Origin: Mycobacterium sp.
GTDB taxonomy: Bacteria; Actinomycetota; Actinomycetes; Mycobacteriales; Mycobacteriaceae
Direction: 5' to 3'
Length of the DNA stretch: 32,172 bases
NCBI GenBank assembly: GCA_020438915.1
Contig: JAGQTR010000333.1
Span: forward strand, 1-32,172
In this document: one piece after another, positions 28,957 through 32,172 of the stretch
How the letters are laid out: every line of letters starts with the position of its first letter
Numbering within the stretch: the stretch's first letter is position 1
Program-made: the position numbers and the translations under genes
The notes under the pieces: model-generated
Seen by the model: the letters and a program-made list of their open reading frames with translations, nothing else
Database searches by the model: none
Told to the model about the DNA's origin: nothing

Positions 28957-29604
28957 TCAGCGCCGACGGTAACGCTCCTGGTGTACTACGGCTGCCAGCG
29001 AGGAGCGTCGGCGCCAGCCGTGGCGTTCGAGGTCGGGGATGTCGGGAAGGTCGGCGACCTCGCCGACACACAGCCAGGCGACGGGACGGACATGCGGGGG
29101 CATGCCCACCAGGTCGCGCAGGAATGGTTCGCGGTAGAACGACACCCAGCCCACCCCGAGACCCTCGACAGTCGCTGCAAGCCAGAGGTTTTGGATGGCG
29201 CAGACCACCGAGTACAACCCGGCATCGGCGATGGCGTGTCGGCCGAGGACCTGCGGCCCACCCCTGCTCGGGTCGTATCCGACAACGACGCCCAGACCGG
29301 ATTCGCAGATGCCCTCGACCTTGATCCGCGAAAACGTGTCGGCCCGTTCGCCTGCCAGCGTCGCCGCGAAGACCTCCCGTTCACGCTCCACGTGATCGCG
29401 AAACGCCCGCAGCGTGTCCGGCGACCGCACCAGAATGAAGTCCCACGGCTGAGACATGCCGACCGACGGCGCGGCGTGCGCGGCCAGCAGCATCCGCTCC
29501 AGCACTACAGGCGGGATCGGCTCGCCGGTGAACTCAGCACGGGTGTCGCGGCGACGGTTGATGACGTCGTACAGCGCGCTGCTCGCCGGGTTTTCCACCG
29601 TCAC
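28957..29604 (-). CDS. bluB: 5,6-dimethylbenzimidazole synthase
   Basis: RRRDTR.EF, AAHAAPSVGMSQPW.F, IKVEGI, LGRH, YS..CAIQNLWLAA..EGLGVGWVSF. Confidence 0.93.
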   Translation of the reverse strand: MTVENPASSALYDVINRRRDTRAEFTGEPIPPVVLERMLLAAHAAPSVGMSQPWDFILVRSPDTLRAFRDHVEREREVFAATLAGERADTFSRIKVEGICESGLGVVVGYDPSRGGPQVLGRHAIADAGLYSVVCAIQNLWLAATVEGLGVGWVSFYREPFLRDLVGMPPHVRPVAWLCVGEVADLPDIPDLERHGWRRRSSLAAVVHQERYRRR

Positions 29605-30389
29605 CGCGGGCCCTCGGCGCTCTTGGCCGAACGATCACGCGCCGGATCGTAGAGATAGCTCTGCCCGGCCTCGGGGTCCGGGCGGCCCGCCAGCGCCCGG
29701 CCCACCAGGATCACGGCCGCTTGCCGCAATCCGGCCGCCTCGACCGCGTCGGCGATGTCGGCCACCGTGCCGCGCAGCACCCGCTCCTGCGGTTGGGATG
29801 CCCGATACACCACGACCACCGGACAGTCGGACCCGTAGTCCGGCGCCAGCTCGGCCATCAGTTCGCGGGTGCGGGTGATCGCCAGGTGCAGCACCAGCGT
29901 CGAGCGGGTCGCCGCGAACGCCTTCAACGACTCGGTGTCCGGCATGGCGGTGGAACGCTGCTGAGTGCGGGTCAGCACCACGGACTGGGTGACCAGCGGA
30001 ACGGTCAATTCGCGACCGGCGCGGGCTGCGGCGGCGGCGTAGGCCGGCACACCCGGGGTCACCGACCAGGGCACACCGGCGGCATCGAGTCGGCGGGTCT
30101 GCTCGGACAACGCCGAGTACACCGAGGGATCCCCCGACACCAGTCGCACGATCCGCCGGCCGGCGCGGTGCCCGGCTATCAGGCGCTCGACGATCGCATC
30201 CAGGTCGAGATCTTCGGTGTCGATCAGTTCGGCGGCCGGCGAGCAGCCGGCGAGGACAGGTGGGTCGAGGTAGCTTCCGGGGTAGAGCACGATCTGGGCG
30301 TCGCCGAGCAGTCGCGCGGCACGTACCGTCAGCAGATCAGCGGCACCGGGGCCGGCGCCGACGAAGTGCACGGCACGGTGGTCCTCCAT
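29601..30389 (-). CDS. cobM: Precorrin-4 C11-methyltransferase
   Basis: VHFVGAGPGAADLLT, RL.SGDPS.YSA..EQ, PGV.A, ELTVP..TQSV.LTR, VVYRAS.P; TACACT 8 nt before ATG. Confidence 0.9.
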   Translation of the reverse strand: MEDHRAVHFVGAGPGAADLLTVRAARLLGDAQIVLYPGSYLDPPVLAGCSPAAELIDTEDLDLDAIVERLIAGHRAGRRIVRLVSGDPSVYSALSEQTRRLDAAGVPWSVTPGVPAYAAAAARAGRELTVPLVTQSVVLTRTQQRSTAMPDTESLKAFAATRSTLVLHLAITRTRELMAELAPDYGSDCPVVVVYRASQPQERVLRGTVADIADAVEAAGLRQAAVILVGRALAGRPDPEAGQSYLYDPARDRSAKSAEGPR

Positions 30390-30422
30390 CGGTCCGCAGT
30401 GTAAGCGAGCAGGCGGGCGCTG

Positions 30423-32172
30423 CTACGCCGACATCGGTTGCACTACCGACGATGCCGATGTGGCCGCAGCGTCCACGGTGGGCAGCGCGATCTGCATGCT
30501 CGAGACCTTCAGGGTGCCCAGCGATGGAACGACTGTCTCGTAGATCCCCGCCGCGGAAACCAGCTGCAGCGTCACTGTTTCCCCCGGGGCCAGGGTGTGC
30601 GCCACTGGTTCGAGGTCGATGGTGATGGTGTGGGGCTGCCCATCCAATGTCACCGGGATCGGTGTGACGATGCTGCCCAGCACCAGGCCGGTGGTGTCGT
30701 CGACGAGCTGCGCGTAGACGTGGCGTCCAGTCCCGGTGCCCGAATAGGTCAGTGTCAGCTCCGGGGCGCCCACCAGGTAGGTGGGCGTGGAGGCTTCCGG
30801 GACGGTGAGATTTACCGCGTTGAGCGCCTTGAAGGCCAACGGGACCACGGGCAGTCCCGAGCCACCGAGGTAAGGGATCAGCGGTAGCACGGCACCGGCG
30901 CTGCTGGCGGTGACGAGTGGGGCGTCCTGGGAAACCGGGTAGACCTCCGAGGAGAACCACTGCCCGCGTTGGTCGACCCATTCGAATTGCGGGCCGGTCG
31001 ACACCGAGAGGTCGTCCTTGACGTACCGGTCGAGCCACTCGAGTGTTCGCGTCTGGATCACCGCGCCATCGCTGAAGTCGAACAGATTGTTCAAGCACAC
31101 CCCATGCCCACCGCAGAACCACAGCACCTTCGTGGGCACCCCGTTGGCGATCAGGGTCTGCGCGGTGTCATCGGCTTCCTGCAGGCTGAAGATGGTGTCG
31201 ACAGTGCCCTGGATCAGCAAGGTGGGTGCGGTGATGTCGTTGACCAGATCGCGCGGGCCGCCCGGTCCTCGGTCGGTCAGCACTTGTTGGTCTGACGGCG
31301 TGACCAAGCCGGTGAGTGCGCCGTAGACGGCTGCGGGATAGATGCGCGGATTCACCCGCGCGAGCGTGGCGATCAGAGCCCCGCTGAGCAAGGTGCCCCA
31401 GCTGCTCTTGTAGGCCTCGCTCTTGTACAGCGTGGTGTTGAGCGTGTTCCAGGTGATCGTCGGCACGATCGCGTCGACCCGGTGGTCGGTGGCTGCGGTC
31501 ACCGTCTGGATACCGCCGCCGTACGACACGCCGACCATGCCGATCCGCGGGTCGAGGTTCTCGGGGTCGTCGAGCTGGACCTCGGGCTGTGCAGCCACCC
31601 AGCTAAGGATCGCTGACACATCGCGGGCCTCGAAGTCCGGAGAGTTGAGCTCCAGGCGCCCGCCCGAGTTCCACTCGCCGCGGGGATCCCACGTGACGAC
31701 GTTGTAGCCGGCTGCGCGCAACACCCCGATACCCACCTGACCGACGAAGTCGGTGAGGACGCCGTTGATCGCGTCGGCCAGCGGTGAGCTCACGAGATTC
31801 GTCGCTCCGGGCAAGCCCAGGCCCGGCCCGTTGAGGATGGTGGGCGCCGTCTGCCCTGGGCCGAGTCCGAGTGCCGGCATGAAATGGGTGTAGATCCGGG
31901 TGCCGTCGAACGAGGTCACCTTCACATCTCGCGGCACCGGCGTGCCGGCCGGCAAACCCAGCCTGACGGGATAGCCGATCAGCGGGTGCAGGACGTCGCT
32001 GACTACCGGTATCTGATGAATGAACGCGACGATCGGGGTCACGATGAGCGGCCCGATGATGGGCACGTGCTGCAGCCACTCCAGCGGTGGGGTTTGCTCG
32101 ATGGCGACGACGGCCGGGGTTGCGTTCGCTGCCGGAGGGGCGGCAAAGGATTCCCGGCGTGCTGCCGCCGCG
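30423..32172 (-). CDS. CocE/NonD (peptidase S15-like) alpha/beta hydrolase, 5'-truncated by window end
   Basis: SFDGT.I, GYNVVTWDPRG, GVSYGG nucleophile, LLIQGTVD, GGHG; frame stays open upstream of 32066 (AAAARRESFAAPP...EQTPPLEWLQH) to the edge. Confidence 0.85.
   Translation of the reverse strand, partial: AAAARRESFAAPPAANATPAVVAIEQTPPLEWLQHVPIIGPLIVTPIVAFIHQIPVVSDVLHPLIGYPVRLGLPAGTPVPRDVKVTSFDGTRIYTHFMPALGLGPGQTAPTILNGPGLGLPGATNLVSSPLADAINGVLTDFVGQVGIGVLRAAGYNVVTWDPRGEWNSGGRLELNSPDFEARDVSAILSWVAAQPEVQLDDPENLDPRIGMVGVSYGGGIQTVTAATDHRVDAIVPTITWNTLNTTLYKSEAYKSSWGTLLSGALIATLARVNPRIYPAAVYGALTGLVTPSDQQVLTDRGPGGPRDLVNDITAPTLLIQGTVDTIFSLQEADDTAQTLIANGVPTKVLWFCGGHGVCLNNLFDFSDGAVIQTRTLEWLDRYVKDDLSVSTGPQFEWVDQRGQWFSSEVYPVSQDAPLVTASSAGAVLPLIPYLGGSGLPVVPLAFKALNAVNLTVPEASTPTYLVGAPELTLTYSGTGTGRHVYAQLVDDTTGLVLGSIVTPIPVTLDGQPHTITIDLEPVAHTLAPGETVTLQLVSAAGIYETVVPSLGTLKVSSMQIALPTVDAAATSASSVVQPMSA

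Overview
High-GC actinobacterial DNA; protein sequences and gene order point to a Mycobacterium/Mycolicibacterium chromosome. Five blocks: (1) 1-5051, the conserved nnaR-aac(2')-pxpC-pxpB-queuosine-precursor transporter-fecB2-like block (M. tuberculosis Rv0260c-Rv0265c synteny), without narK3; (2) 5190-14234, a TetR gene divergent from a six-gene lipid/sterol cluster (HSL esterase, FprB-type ferredoxin-reductase fusion, CYP125-family P450, acyl-CoA synthetase, extended SDR, WS/DGAT); (3) 14235-23417, an accessory-looking organic-acid block (ATP-grasp remnant, atypical aconitase, structured intergenic region with a hammerhead-core-like motif, HAD hydrolase with SigF-type promoter, hydroxyacid-oxoacid transhydrogenase, DUF389 protein, YdiJ-like FAD/Fe-S oxidoreductase); (4) an SCP-x thiolase and a small secreted Cys protein; (5) 25417-30389, a cobalamin cluster (cobF-cobQ-cobK-cobU converging on bluB-cobM), then a CocE/NonD hydrolase running off the window end. 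I saw no rRNA, tRNA, CRISPR array or transposase. All calls come from motif recognition and recall; no database searches were run.
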